A DNA stretch of 64,000 bases from assembly GCA_963766735.1 (NCBI GenBank), contig CAVYBU010000007.1:224001-288000 (forward strand), read 5' to 3'. This stretch comes from an uncultured Chloroflexia bacterium. GTDB lineage: Bacteria; Chloroflexota; Limnocylindria; Limnocylindrales; CSP1-4. The notes under the pieces are model-generated. The model was not told the DNA's origin, made no database searches, and worked only from the letters and a program-made list of their open reading frames with translations. How positions within the stretch are numbered: the first letter of the stretch is position 1; every line of letters begins with the position of its first letter. The translations under genes were made by a program, and so were the position numbers. Below are positions 9,789 through 18,567 of this stretch, one piece after another.

Positions 9789-10074
9789 CCTCAACACCCT
9801 CTCCCATGCCGGTCGGCCGACCCGCTGGACTGCGGAGGCCTGGCACCCTTCCTGAGCCTGGGAGTACGGCCCGAGGTTTCAGGCGCAACATGGACGATGG
9901 TCCTGGGCCTCGGCTGATGTGGTGCAATGCCGCACCGCCGTGAGAGTGAGCACTCCTCGGATGGCTCGTGCGGGCAGGGCTCAGGCGTCCAGTGCTCGGG
10001 GGTGGCCCCTGCGCCAGTCGCGCGGCGGGTGCACCCTGCGCCTGCATCGATCGTGCCGAGGGCCCGATCGACGA

Positions 10075-11058
10075 TCAGGAACCGATCACCTCCTGCTGGA
10101 CCACGAGTCCGTCGTCGTCAAAGCGCAGGACGACCATCTGGATCGTGTCGTGCCCTCCCTCAGTGAGCTGGACGCCGGCGATCGCGTAGTTGCCCCGCAC
10201 CAGGACGGCGTCGACAAGCTCCCGGTGGATGCCGCTCCCGGCGGCCTCGGTGACCAGCGCAGCGATGGCATCACGACCCGTGACGGACGAACCGGTGGCA
10301 TCCACGAGGGTCGCGGCCCGCGCGTAGAGCGCGGCCGCCGCGGCACCGTTCCCCGCATCCCAGGCCTTGACCAGGTCGGCGATCCTCGCCGTGGGATCCA
10401 GGGCGGGGGCCGGATCGAACGTCCAGCCCGGGATGTCGATCGTGTCGTGCCATCCGGTCAGCTCGAACTCGTCGCCGGCGGACGTGTCCGCGCCCGGGCC
10501 CATGTACTGGTGGAGACGGAGCTCCCGACCAGCCGATGGACCGGTTCCAAGGTAGGCGAGGTCTCCTTCGTGTACTCCGTCGCTCCGGATGACACCGACG
10601 GTGATGCCCTCCCATCCCGTCACGGCATCGGTTTCGGTCCCCCACCAGATCCCAGAGCCGTCCGGATAGAGATCCATGTTCAGCACCATGTCGGTTTCGA
10701 CGGATACCCGTGGATCCGACATGGACATCGTGTTCTTCCAGATCCCGTTGCGGTTCTGCTGGACGCCGTCGACGGAGGTGCCGACCGCGTCCTGCAACTG
10801 CACGGAAGTCCCGCTGCCCTGGACCTCGACCCTCGCCGTCGCGGGATCGTCGACGGGGGTCGGCGACGGCGTGGCGATGACCGCGGGCGACGGTGAAGCG
10901 GTCGGTTCCATCGCCTCCGGAGTGGCTGGTGCGGCGGATGGGGACTCGGTGGCTGCGCTCCCGCCACAGCCGGCCAGAAGTACGACAACCGCCAGGCCGG
11001 CAGCAGCACGCGGAAGCCGTCGAGCACCCTCTAGATTCACGGTCGCAGGGTTCCGCAT
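10075..11058 (-). CDS. Lipoprotein with a C-terminal SnoaL/NTF2-like domain
   Basis: Lipobox LLAGC, PT-rich linker, and C-terminal AWDAGNGAAAAALYA...GRDAIAA...LRFDDDGLV; GGGAGAAG RBS. Confidence 0.7.
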   Translation of the reverse strand: MRNPATVNLEGARRLPRAAAGLAVVVLLAGCGGSAATESPSAAPATPEAMEPTASPSPAVIATPSPTPVDDPATARVEVQGSGTSVQLQDAVGTSVDGVQQNRNGIWKNTMSMSDPRVSVETDMVLNMDLYPDGSGIWWGTETDAVTGWEGITVGVIRSDGVHEGDLAYLGTGPSAGRELRLHQYMGPGADTSAGDEFELTGWHDTIDIPGWTFDPAPALDPTARIADLVKAWDAGNGAAAAALYARAATLVDATGSSVTGRDAIAALVTEAAGSGIHRELVDAVLVRGNYAIAGVQLTEGGHDTIQMVVLRFDDDGLVVQQEVIGS

Positions 11059-11547
11059 GGCTTCCTCCCAACGGCAGCGCGGGTCGGTCTCGCCAGTGGC
11101 TCGGCGCGGTCCGTGCGGCCGTGGGTGTCGGGCCGCGCGCTAGAACCTCCCGCTACCTACAAGAGATGCTCGAGGAGGCCGTCTGGTTCGGCGCGAACGT
11201 CGGATCCATGATCGATCCTGAGAGTCGGGCCGGGCCGACTCTGCGGTCCGCCGCGCCAGGCGTCCTGCGAGGGCACCGCCGGTAGGTCGCCCGCCGGGAG
11301 ACCAGCGATGTCCGCCCTGGCGACGTCGAGAAGCTCCCCCCAGCCTTCCCGCGAGCGTCCTGCTCGTGGTCGATCTTGAGGCTGGCGACACTCATCGCGT
11401 CGGCAGAGCCCGGCGCCTGCAGGACAAGGGCCAGCCGGGGTGCCCCAGAAGGCTCGGCGATCGGCGACACCCCGGACCCGTGCGGGTAGGGACCTGCGCT
11501 CACGTCCGCTGCTGGACGCAGGATTGCGGCCGACTTGCTGGCAATTG

Positions 11548-11634
11548 TGGTGCCGAGGGCGAGGTTCGAACTCGCACGGGGTTGCCCCCAGCGGTGTTTA
11601 AGACCGCCGCGTCTGCCGGTTGCGCCACCTCGGC
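11548..11634 (-). tRNA. tRNA-Leu(TAA)
   Basis: Cloverleaf GCCGAGG...CT-TAA-AC...GTTCGAA...CCTCGGCACCA with a long variable arm. Confidence 0.95.
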
Positions 11635-11814
11635 TCGTGCGCTCGCGCGAGCGTCCCCCCATCGTAACCGTGCCGAGCGGTGGGACGCGATGCCGTTGGT
11701 GACCGCCGCGCTGCGCGTTCAACGGCCATTGCCACCATGGGCAGCGCATCGACGGTCCCGACGCCGTCGGGCCCGGACGCCCGTCCCCGGGCTGATCGAA
11801 CGTGGCTCGGTTCG

Positions 11815-12030
11815 TCAAGCGCTCGCGGGGCTGCGCACCCGTGCCATCAGAGTTTCACGGTGTGCAGGGGAGTCCGTCCTGCGCAGATCCGGTAGCTCGG
11901 GCGTCTCGAATGGCGCTGCGGCCTCGCTGGCAGCGGGCGCGAACTCGCAGTCAACCGGACGGAGGAGGCATACCCGACGGTCGCGGTCGTAGCCGGGGCA
12001 GTCCTCGGTCATGGGGCACTCGTCGATCAT
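11815..12030 (-). CDS. Small Cys-rich hypothetical protein (71 aa)
   Basis: ATG with a GGAAGG RBS; four Cys in the first 28 residues. Confidence 0.5.
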   Translation of the reverse strand: MIDECPMTEDCPGYDRDRRVCLLRPVDCEFAPAASEAAAPFETPELPDLRRTDSPAHRETLMARVRSPASA

Positions 12031-12224
12031 GGCCGAACCTTCCGCTCCAGCTTCCGACCTGTCAACAACGACGATCGCGGCTCCGGACGCCAGTCCCTTC
12101 GACGGATGAGGAGACGGGCAAGCGTCCCCGTGAGAGGAGCGATTTCATGACGGCCTCCGGCCTTTGCCGCGGTCGTCGCGCCCTGTTCGGGGGTGTACGC
12201 CTGTTGCTGCCACGTTGCGGCCAC
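12027..12224 (-). CDS. Small hypothetical protein (65 aa)
   Basis: Stop overlaps the start of the next ORF (ATGA); no recognisable motif, so it may be spurious. Confidence 0.3.
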   Translation of the reverse strand: MAATWQQQAYTPEQGATTAAKAGGRHEIAPLTGTLARLLIRRRDWRPEPRSSLLTGRKLERKVRP

Positions 12225-12235
12225 GGGAACGAGAT

Positions 12236-12257
12236 ACGGGGCCCCGACGGGCCCCGT
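12236..12257 (-). terminator. Hairpin downstream of tRNA-Cys
   Basis: ACGGGGCCC-cgac-GGGCCCCGT, a 9-bp stem with a weak U-tract. Confidence 0.5.
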
Positions 12258-12273
12258 TCGTGTTCAGAGAAGG

Positions 12274-12350
12274 TGGAGGCGACGGCCGGAGTCGAACCGG
12301 CGAATAGAGGTTTTGCAGACCCCCGCGTTAGGCCACTTCGCCACGTCGCC
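12274..12350 (-). tRNA. tRNA-Cys(GCA)
   Basis: GGCGACG...CT-GCA-AA...GTTCGAC...CGTCGCCTCCA. Confidence 0.95.
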
Positions 12351-12385
12351 AGGTGTGCATGACACAAGCGCGGCTGGTGTCAGGT

Positions 12386-12459
12386 TGGCTGCCCCTCGAG
12401 GATTCGAACCTCGGCTAACGGATCCAAAGTCCGCTGTCCTACCACTAGACGAAGGGGCA
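12386..12459 (-). tRNA. tRNA-Gln(TTG)
   Basis: TGCCCCT...CT-TTG-GA...GTTCGAAT...GGGGCAGCCA. Confidence 0.95.
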
Positions 12460-12494
12460 GCGGGGCCGGGTTGCGAACTCGTATGGGGGGTGAA

Positions 12495-12570
12495 TGGAGC
12501 GGAAGACGGGACTCGAACCCGCGACCCTCACCTTGGCAAGGTGATGCTCTACCAACTGAGCCACTTCCGC
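12495..12570 (-). tRNA. tRNA-Gly(GCC)
   Basis: GCGGAAG...TT-GCC-AA...GTTCGAG...TTCCGCTCCA. Confidence 0.96.
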
Positions 12571-12589
12571 TCGATGACCGACCAGGTGT

Positions 12590-12665
12590 TGGTGCCGAGA
12601 GCCAGATTCGAACTGGCGACACCGCGATTTTCAGTCGCGTGCTCTACCAACTGAGCTATCTCGGC
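12590..12665 (-). tRNA. tRNA-Phe(GAA)
   Basis: GCCGAGATAGCTCAG...CT-GAA-AA...GTTCGAAT...CTCGGCACCA. Confidence 0.96.
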
Positions 12666-12746
12666 CCGGACCCGGGTCCCCGCGGGGGCCCGTCGGCGCG
12701 CCGCAGGATACCACGAGGCCAGAACGGGCGGCAACCGATGCGAACC

Positions 12747-13757
12747 CTAGGACGGCCGCAATCCGGGACCGCGCGCCAGGGCCGCCTGGGCCCCGGGATC
12801 GAGCACGACAGCGGCGTTCGCCACCGGCGGCTGACCGCTGAGCTGGCGCAGCCGGTTGATGCGGTCGAGCGCCGCCGGATGCGTCGAGAACAGGGACCGC
12901 GAGGTGCTGGAGGCCGCCTTGACCGGGTTGTCGAAGTAGAGGTGCTGGGTCGCGCGATTGGCGACCTCGAGCGGCTCAGTGTCCAGGGAGATCTTCGCCA
13001 GGGCGCGCTCCAGTCCGAACGGGTTTCGCGTCAGCTCCACGGCCGAGACGTCCGCCAGGTACTCGCGCTGACGGCTGACCGCCATCTGGACGAGGCGGGA
13101 CATGATCGGCGCCAGGATGGCCAGCACGATGGCGACCACGAAGACGACGATCTGCAGTCCGCCCGACCCCGAATCCGAGCCCCTCCGGGAGCGCCGTCCT
13201 CCACCCCAGAAGGTGAACCGCAGGAAGAAGTCGGCGAGGAGCGCGATCGAGCCGACCAGCACGCCCACCATGAGCGAGAACCGGATGTCGTAGTTGCGGA
13301 CATGTGAGAGCTCATGAGCCATGACGCCCTGCAGCTCCTCCCGATCGAGCTTCTGGAGGAGTCCGATGGTGATGGCCACCGAGGCGTGCTTCGGGTCCCG
13401 TCCCGTCGCGAACGCGTTGGGGGCCGTGTCGTCGATGAGGTAGACCCGGGGCACCGGCACGTTCGCCGCCAGCGCGATCTCCCGAACCACGTTGAGCAGC
13501 TGCGGCTGATCCCTGTCCGTGACCTCCTTCGCTCCGGAGACCGAGAGGACCAGGGAATCGCCGGCGTAGTACGAGATCAGCGAGGCGAACAATCCGATCG
13601 TCAGCGCCAGGGCGGCGGACAGCAGGGCAGCCTCGAGGACACCCGTGACCGCCACGCCGACGGCTGCCCCCAGGAGCCCGAGGATCAGGATGACGGCGAC
13701 CGCGAGCAGCACCGAATTGCGTCGGTTCGCCCCGATCTGGTCGTAGAACGTGGCCAT
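12747..13757 (-). CDS. htpX: HtpX-like M48 zinc metalloprotease
   Basis: PNAFATG, HELSH, SRQREYLAD and FSTHP. Confidence 0.92.
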   Translation of the reverse strand: MATFYDQIGANRRNSVLLAVAVILILGLLGAAVGVAVTGVLEAALLSAALALTIGLFASLISYYAGDSLVLSVSGAKEVTDRDQPQLLNVVREIALAANVPVPRVYLIDDTAPNAFATGRDPKHASVAITIGLLQKLDREELQGVMAHELSHVRNYDIRFSLMVGVLVGSIALLADFFLRFTFWGGGRRSRRGSDSGSGGLQIVVFVVAIVLAILAPIMSRLVQMAVSRQREYLADVSAVELTRNPFGLERALAKISLDTEPLEVANRATQHLYFDNPVKAASSTSRSLFSTHPAALDRINRLRQLSGQPPVANAAVVLDPGAQAALARGPGLRPS

Positions 13758-13822
13758 CGGCGGGCCTCAGCGGTGCGCGGGGCGGCGTGTCGCTCGCGCG
13801 GGCGTCGCGCGACCTGCGGGTG

Positions 13823-14401
13823 TCAGGACAGGCTCAGGTCAACCACCGGGACCGCCTCGGCCTCGGGGCCTGCGTCGAAGAATTCGCGCTTCGTGAAGCC
13901 GAACGAACTGGCGACGAACACGGCCGGGATGGTCTGGATCGCGTTGTTGTAGTCCAGCACGGTCGCGTTGTAGTGCTGGCGCGAGAAGCTGATCTGGTTC
14001 TCCGTGGTGGTCAGCTCCTCCTGGAGCTGCATCACGTTGGTGCTCGCCTTGAGATCCGGGTAGTTCTCGACGACGGCGAACAGCGAGCGAAGGGCGCCGG
14101 TGAGCATGTTCTCGGCGGCGGCCTGCTGGGCGGGGCCCTGGGCTCCGGCGGCCACGGCGTTTGCGCGTGCCTCGGTGACCCTGGTCAGGACGTCCTGCTC
14201 GAAGCCCATGTAGCCCTTCACGGCCTGCACGAGGTTCGGGATCAGGTCGTGCCGGCGGTTGAGCTGGACCTCGATCTGCGCGAACGCCTCGTCGATCCGG
14301 TTCCGGCGCGTGACGAGGCCGTTGTAGAGCGCGATGACGACCAGGGCGATGACGACCAGGGCGATGACGGCAACGATCGCGATGATCACGATCCCATCCA
14401 T
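13823..14401 (-). CDS. lemA: LemA family protein
   Basis: Start at MDGIVII; YNGLV, RRHDLIPNLV, ENYPDLKAS; lemA-htpX pairing. Confidence 0.94.
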   Translation of the reverse strand: MDGIVIIAIVAVIALVVIALVVIALYNGLVTRRNRIDEAFAQIEVQLNRRHDLIPNLVQAVKGYMGFEQDVLTRVTEARANAVAAGAQGPAQQAAAENMLTGALRSLFAVVENYPDLKASTNVMQLQEELTTTENQISFSRQHYNATVLDYNNAIQTIPAVFVASSFGFTKREFFDAGPEAEAVPVVDLSLS

Positions 14402-14519
14402 GCGGTCTCCTCGAAGTTGGGCAGGCGCAGCCTTTCGTCCAGCATAGCGCGCCGCCGCCGGCAGGTCGCGATTGGCGCGATGAACCAGGCAGGGCCGACC
14501 GGGTCGCGACTCAGGACAA

Positions 14520-14596
14520 TGGTGGGCGGTGAGGGACTCGAACCCCCGACATCCTCGGTGTAAGCGAGGCGCTCTAACCAACTGAGCTAACCGCCC
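14520..14596 (-). tRNA. tRNA-Val(TAC)
   Basis: GGGCGGTTAGCTCAG...CT-TAC-AC...GTTCGAG...CCGCCCACCA. Confidence 0.95.
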
Positions 14597-14627
14597 GGGG
14601 AGTGGTCGCCGGGGCCGGAAACGCGAA

Positions 14628-14649
14628 CGGGCGGCCGACCGGCCGCCCG
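14628..14649 (-). terminator. Hairpin with a short U-rich tail between tRNA-Leu(GAG) and tRNA-Val
   Basis: CGGGCGGCC-gacc-GGCCGCCCG, followed on the minus strand by TTCGCGTTT. Confidence 0.45.
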
Positions 14650-14666
14650 CTTGAAGGTCAGGAGAG

Positions 14667-14751
14667 TGGTGCCCAGGCCGGGACTTGAACCCGGATGAGT
14701 TGCCTCATACGCCCCTCAAACGTACGCGTATACCAATTCCGCCACCTGGGC
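14667..14751 (-). tRNA. tRNA-Leu(GAG)
   Basis: GCCCAGG...TT-GAG-GG...GTTCAAG...CCTGGGCACCA. Confidence 0.95.
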
Positions 14752-14795
14752 CTGTTCGCTGCGCTGTCGCCGGGATCCTCACGGGAAGGGGGTGT

Positions 14796-14882
14796 TGGTA
14801 CCGAGGAAGGGACTTGAACCCATACGCCCTTGCGGGCACTAGCTCCTGAAGCTAGCGCGTCTGCCAATTTCGCCACCTCGGC
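14796..14882 (-). tRNA. tRNA-Leu(CAG)
   Basis: GCCGAGG...TT-CAG-GA...GTTCAAG...CCTCGGTACCA. Confidence 0.95.
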
Positions 14883-14917
14883 GAGGATCCGGCACGTGGG
14901 CCGAGGCGCCCGAAGGC

Positions 14918-16645
14918 TCACCGGTCCGCGGCGAGGCGCCATGCTAGCACATCGCCAAAGCGATCGCCCGGGTCAACGATCAGCCGCGGCGTTGGCCCCT
15001 GGAGCCCCCGGGCGAGGAACACCTCGTCCGCCCAGGCGATCGGAAGGATGGGCATGCGCTCGTCCACGGCGGCCAGGAGGGCCTTCCACGCCGCCGCGCG
15101 ACCCTCCGGCGTGCCGGGAGCCCGGGCGGCCTCGAGGAGCTTGTCCAGGGCTGGATCCTGATAACCGCTGAGGTTCCTGCCGGACGCGCGGACCTGGGAT
15201 GTGGCGAGGAGCGGGTACAGGTCCGGCTCGAGGCCCGAGGCAACGTCCACCACCGCCGCCACGTAGTCTCCGGACTGCAGCCGGGTGGCGAGGTCGGCCG
15301 CCGGGACCTCGACGAGCTTCACCTCGAACCCGAGCTTCGTCCACGCATCGCGCAGGAATGCCGCCACCGAAGCCAGGCGTGGATTGGCGCTGGCGGGCAC
15401 CGTGAGGACCTCAAGGGCGTAGGCGCCCTTCGTCCTGGGCGCCACCCACTTCCCGCCCGACTTCTTGGTCCAGCCGGCGCCTGTCAGCGCCTTGGATGCC
15501 TTCTTGGGATCGAATTCGACCGGTGGTGCAACCGTCGCGTCGAATGCCCACGAGGCGGGTGGAATCAGCGCGTCGGCACGGACGGCGTCTCCGGCGAGCG
15601 CCCCGGCCACCAGCGCGTCGCGATCGACGGCCGCCAGCAATGCCCGGCGGACCTTGGCGTCGCGGAGCTCCGGATGCGACGGACGAAGGTTGAGCATCAC
15701 GGCCGAGAGCGTCGTCGTGGGGTACCGCAGGCGCTCGCTGCCCTCCGCGGCGGCAGAACCTCCCGCGGCGGCCGGCGGGTACCCAGCCGCACCATCGATC
15801 TCCCCGGTCTGCAGCGCCGTTGCGAGCGCCTCATCGGTTTCATAGAAGGACATCTCGATCCGCTCCAGGTACGGCACCGGGCGCCCTGGAGCCGGGGTCG
15901 GATATGGCGTCGCCAGCGAATCGAGGGTCGGGCCGGGAGTGGGCTCAATGGGCGGAAGGACACGCGCGGCCGGCTCCAGCACGGCGCGAGTACCGTCCAG
16001 CTCGACCAGCGCGAACGGGCCGGTTCCGACGGGCATCCGCGCGAACTCGCTATCCGCGAGGTCCGCGAACGGCACGTCGGCCAGCAGGTGGGCGGGCAGG
16101 AGAGGCTGGCAGAGGGCCGCCAGGAAGCCTCCGAGGGGCGTCGTCAGCGTGAACCTCACGGTCTTCGGTCCCAGGGCGGTGGCTGTCACATCGGCCCACG
16201 AGGGTGCACCGCCGCCCGCCGCATCCGGGCTTCTCAGGGCCTCGACCGTATAGACGACGTCGTCGGCGGTGACCGGCGCACCGTCCTGCCAGGTTGCGTC
16301 GGGCCGGATCGCCACGGTCCAGCTGGTGCCGTCCGCGTTGGCCGTCCAGGACTCCGCGAGATCCGGCTCGAAGCCGCCCGAGGGGCTTGGCCGGGCAAGG
16401 CCCGAGAAGATCAGGCCCGCCAGGGTCCGGTCGGCGCGCGAGCGTGCAGTTACGGGCGTGATGGACTCGGGCGAGCCGACAACGCCCTCGCGGTACGTCA
16501 CCGGCGGCGGCAGGCTGGCCTCCGGCGCGGAATCCAGATCGCTCTCAAGGGATCCGGGGCGCGCCTGCGGGAGCGCGATGGCACCCCCAAGCACAACGAG
16601 CACGAGGACGAGGGCGGCAATGATCGCGGTGTCGCGACGGTTCAT
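14918..16645 (-). CDS. ABC transporter substrate-binding protein, peptide/nickel family 5
   Basis: PDLAESW, WQDGAPVTADDVVYT, PVGTGPF and VRRALLAAVDR; N-terminal TM anchor. Confidence 0.88.
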   Translation of the reverse strand: MNRRDTAIIAALVLVLVVLGGAIALPQARPGSLESDLDSAPEASLPPPVTYREGVVGSPESITPVTARSRADRTLAGLIFSGLARPSPSGGFEPDLAESWTANADGTSWTVAIRPDATWQDGAPVTADDVVYTVEALRSPDAAGGGAPSWADVTATALGPKTVRFTLTTPLGGFLAALCQPLLPAHLLADVPFADLADSEFARMPVGTGPFALVELDGTRAVLEPAARVLPPIEPTPGPTLDSLATPYPTPAPGRPVPYLERIEMSFYETDEALATALQTGEIDGAAGYPPAAAGGSAAAEGSERLRYPTTTLSAVMLNLRPSHPELRDAKVRRALLAAVDRDALVAGALAGDAVRADALIPPASWAFDATVAPPVEFDPKKASKALTGAGWTKKSGGKWVAPRTKGAYALEVLTVPASANPRLASVAAFLRDAWTKLGFEVKLVEVPAADLATRLQSGDYVAAVVDVASGLEPDLYPLLATSQVRASGRNLSGYQDPALDKLLEAARAPGTPEGRAAAWKALLAAVDERMPILPIAWADEVFLARGLQGPTPRLIVDPGDRFGDVLAWRLAADR

Positions 16646-16702
16646 GTGAGGACGCCTCCGGCAGGCGTGCGCGCGACGGGCGCGCAGCGGTCGACGCCGC
16701 GG

Positions 16703-16924
16703 TCAGACGACGAAGATGAAGGCGACCAGCGCGAACAGGACGAACAGCACGAGCAGCAGGACGGTGAACTGCCACAGCCGGCGCTCGACGCCCCGGCGGC
16801 TCCGGTAGACGGCCGAGTCGCCGCCGAACGTCCCGGATAGGCCCGTGCCACGATTCTGCATCAGAATCGCCGCGATCAGGGCAACGCTCACGATAATCTG
16901 GCCGATGGCCAGGATTGCGTTCAC
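16703..16924 (-). CDS. secG: Preprotein translocase subunit SecG
   Basis: GTG start; ILMQNRGTGLSGTFGG and RRGVERRL. Confidence 0.92.
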   Translation of the reverse strand: MNAILAIGQIIVSVALIAAILMQNRGTGLSGTFGGDSAVYRSRRGVERRLWQFTVLLLVLFVLFALVAFIFVV

Positions 16925-16989
16925 GGGTTGAATGACCTCCGAGGTGTACCGGAGGCGGATGGTAGCAGACCCGACGCTCCGCCTCTCGC

Positions 16990-18567
16990 TCAGGCGGGTT
17001 CGAGCAGGGACCGACCGGTCATCCCCTCCCATCGCGGCAGGCCGGCGACCTCCAGGATCGTCGGGGCGACGTCAGCCAGGACCCCGTCCCGCAGCGTTCG
17101 CCCCCCCAGGGTCCGGCCCACGCCCAGGAGCGGCACCGGGTTGAGCGAGTGCCTGGTCACCGGGTTGCCCGCCGCGTCGCGCATCTCGTCCGCGTTGCCG
17201 TGGTCGGCCGTGACGAACAACACGGCACCCGGGCCACCCGGGTCCGCGGCTTCCACCGCGTCGATGGCGTCGACGATGCGACCGAGGCAACCGTCGATCA
17301 CGCCGCAGGCGGCCACCGTGGCGTCCCAGACACCCGTGTGCCCGACCATGTCCGGATTCGCGAAGTTGGCAACGATGAAGTCGTACTGGCCCGAGCCGAT
17401 CGCGCCGACCAGCTCGTCGGTGACCCCTGCAGCGCTCATCTCCGGCTGGAGATCGTAGGTCTTCACCTTGGGCGACGGAACCAGCCGCCGCTCCTCGCCG
17501 GGCCAGGGCGTCTCCACGCCGCCGTTGAAGAAGTACGTCACGTGGGCGTATTTCTCGGTCTCGGCCACGTGGAGCTGCGTCCAGCCGGCCTCCGAGAACG
17601 CCTGGGCAAGGGAGCGTGCCTCCTCGGGGCCGAAGGCGACCTGGACCGGGAGTCCGGACTCGTACTCGGTCATGGTCACCACCAGCAGGTCTTCCGGCGC
17701 TGCCTGACCGTCGGGACCGACGCGATCGAAGGCACCGAACGCCGGGTCTGCGAGGGCGTGTACGAGCTGGCGGGCGCGGTCGGCGCGGAAGTTGACGTGC
17801 ACGATCGGATCCCCGTCACGCAGCGCGCCATCGGCCCCGTCGATGACCGTGGGGGTGACGAACTCGTCGGTCTCGCCGCGGGCGTAGGCCTCCTCGATCG
17901 CCGCCGTCGCCGACGAGGCGTGGAGCCCAGCCCCGTGAACGATGGCGTCGTAGCCACGCTCCGTGCGTTCACCGCGCTGGTCGCGGTCCATGGCGTAGTA
18001 GCGGCCACCCACGGAGGTGATCCTGGCATCAGGGTGGACGGCGGCAAGGCGTGCCTCGAGGTCTCGCATGAACCCGAGGGCCGAGCTCGGGGGCGTGTCG
18101 CGGCCGTCGAGCAGCGCGTGGATGCGCACGCTGGGGACACCCATCCGGGCGGCCAGCTCCACGAGAGCCACGAGGTGCCGGTCGTTGGCGTGGACCCCGC
18201 CGGGCCCGATCAGCCCGACGGCATGGAGACGGCCAGTCGCCCGCGCACGCTCACACGCCGCCCGGAGCGCGGGGCGGCCAAAGAACGAGCCGTCGGCGAT
18301 CGCCGCGTCGATGCGCGGGAGGTCCTGGAGGACAGGCCGTCCGGCGCCGAGATTCAGGTGGCCCACCTCGGAGTTGCCCATCTGGCCCGGCGGCAGGCCC
18401 ACGGCATCCTCGGACGCACGGAGAGCCGCATGCGGCCAGCGCGCAGTCAGGTCTCGCCAGCGAGGCATCGCGGCCGCGGTGATGGCGTCCTTCGCCGGGT
18501 CCGGGCCGATTCCGAAGCCATCGATGACGACGAGGACGATTGGGCGCGGACGGGAGCCCTCGGTCAC
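16990..18567 (-). CDS. gpmI: 2,3-bisphosphoglycerate-independent phosphoglycerate mutase
   Basis: MGNSEVGH, DGRDT, NFRADRARQ, ETEKYAHVT and NPDMVGHTG. Confidence 0.96.
   Translation of the reverse strand: MTEGSRPRPIVLVVIDGFGIGPDPAKDAITAAAMPRWRDLTARWPHAALRASEDAVGLPPGQMGNSEVGHLNLGAGRPVLQDLPRIDAAIADGSFFGRPALRAACERARATGRLHAVGLIGPGGVHANDRHLVALVELAARMGVPSVRIHALLDGRDTPPSSALGFMRDLEARLAAVHPDARITSVGGRYYAMDRDQRGERTERGYDAIVHGAGLHASSATAAIEEAYARGETDEFVTPTVIDGADGALRDGDPIVHVNFRADRARQLVHALADPAFGAFDRVGPDGQAAPEDLLVVTMTEYESGLPVQVAFGPEEARSLAQAFSEAGWTQLHVAETEKYAHVTYFFNGGVETPWPGEERRLVPSPKVKTYDLQPEMSAAGVTDELVGAIGSGQYDFIVANFANPDMVGHTGVWDATVAACGVIDGCLGRIVDAIDAVEAADPGGPGAVLFVTADHGNADEMRDAAGNPVTRHSLNPVPLLGVGRTLGGRTLRDGVLADVAPTILEVAGLPRWEGMTGRSLLEPA

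Noticed and set aside
8943-12273. Intact prophage or integrative element at the tRNA cluster
   Set aside because: No integrase, transposase or phage gene is present; only short att-like repeats, reported as a finding.
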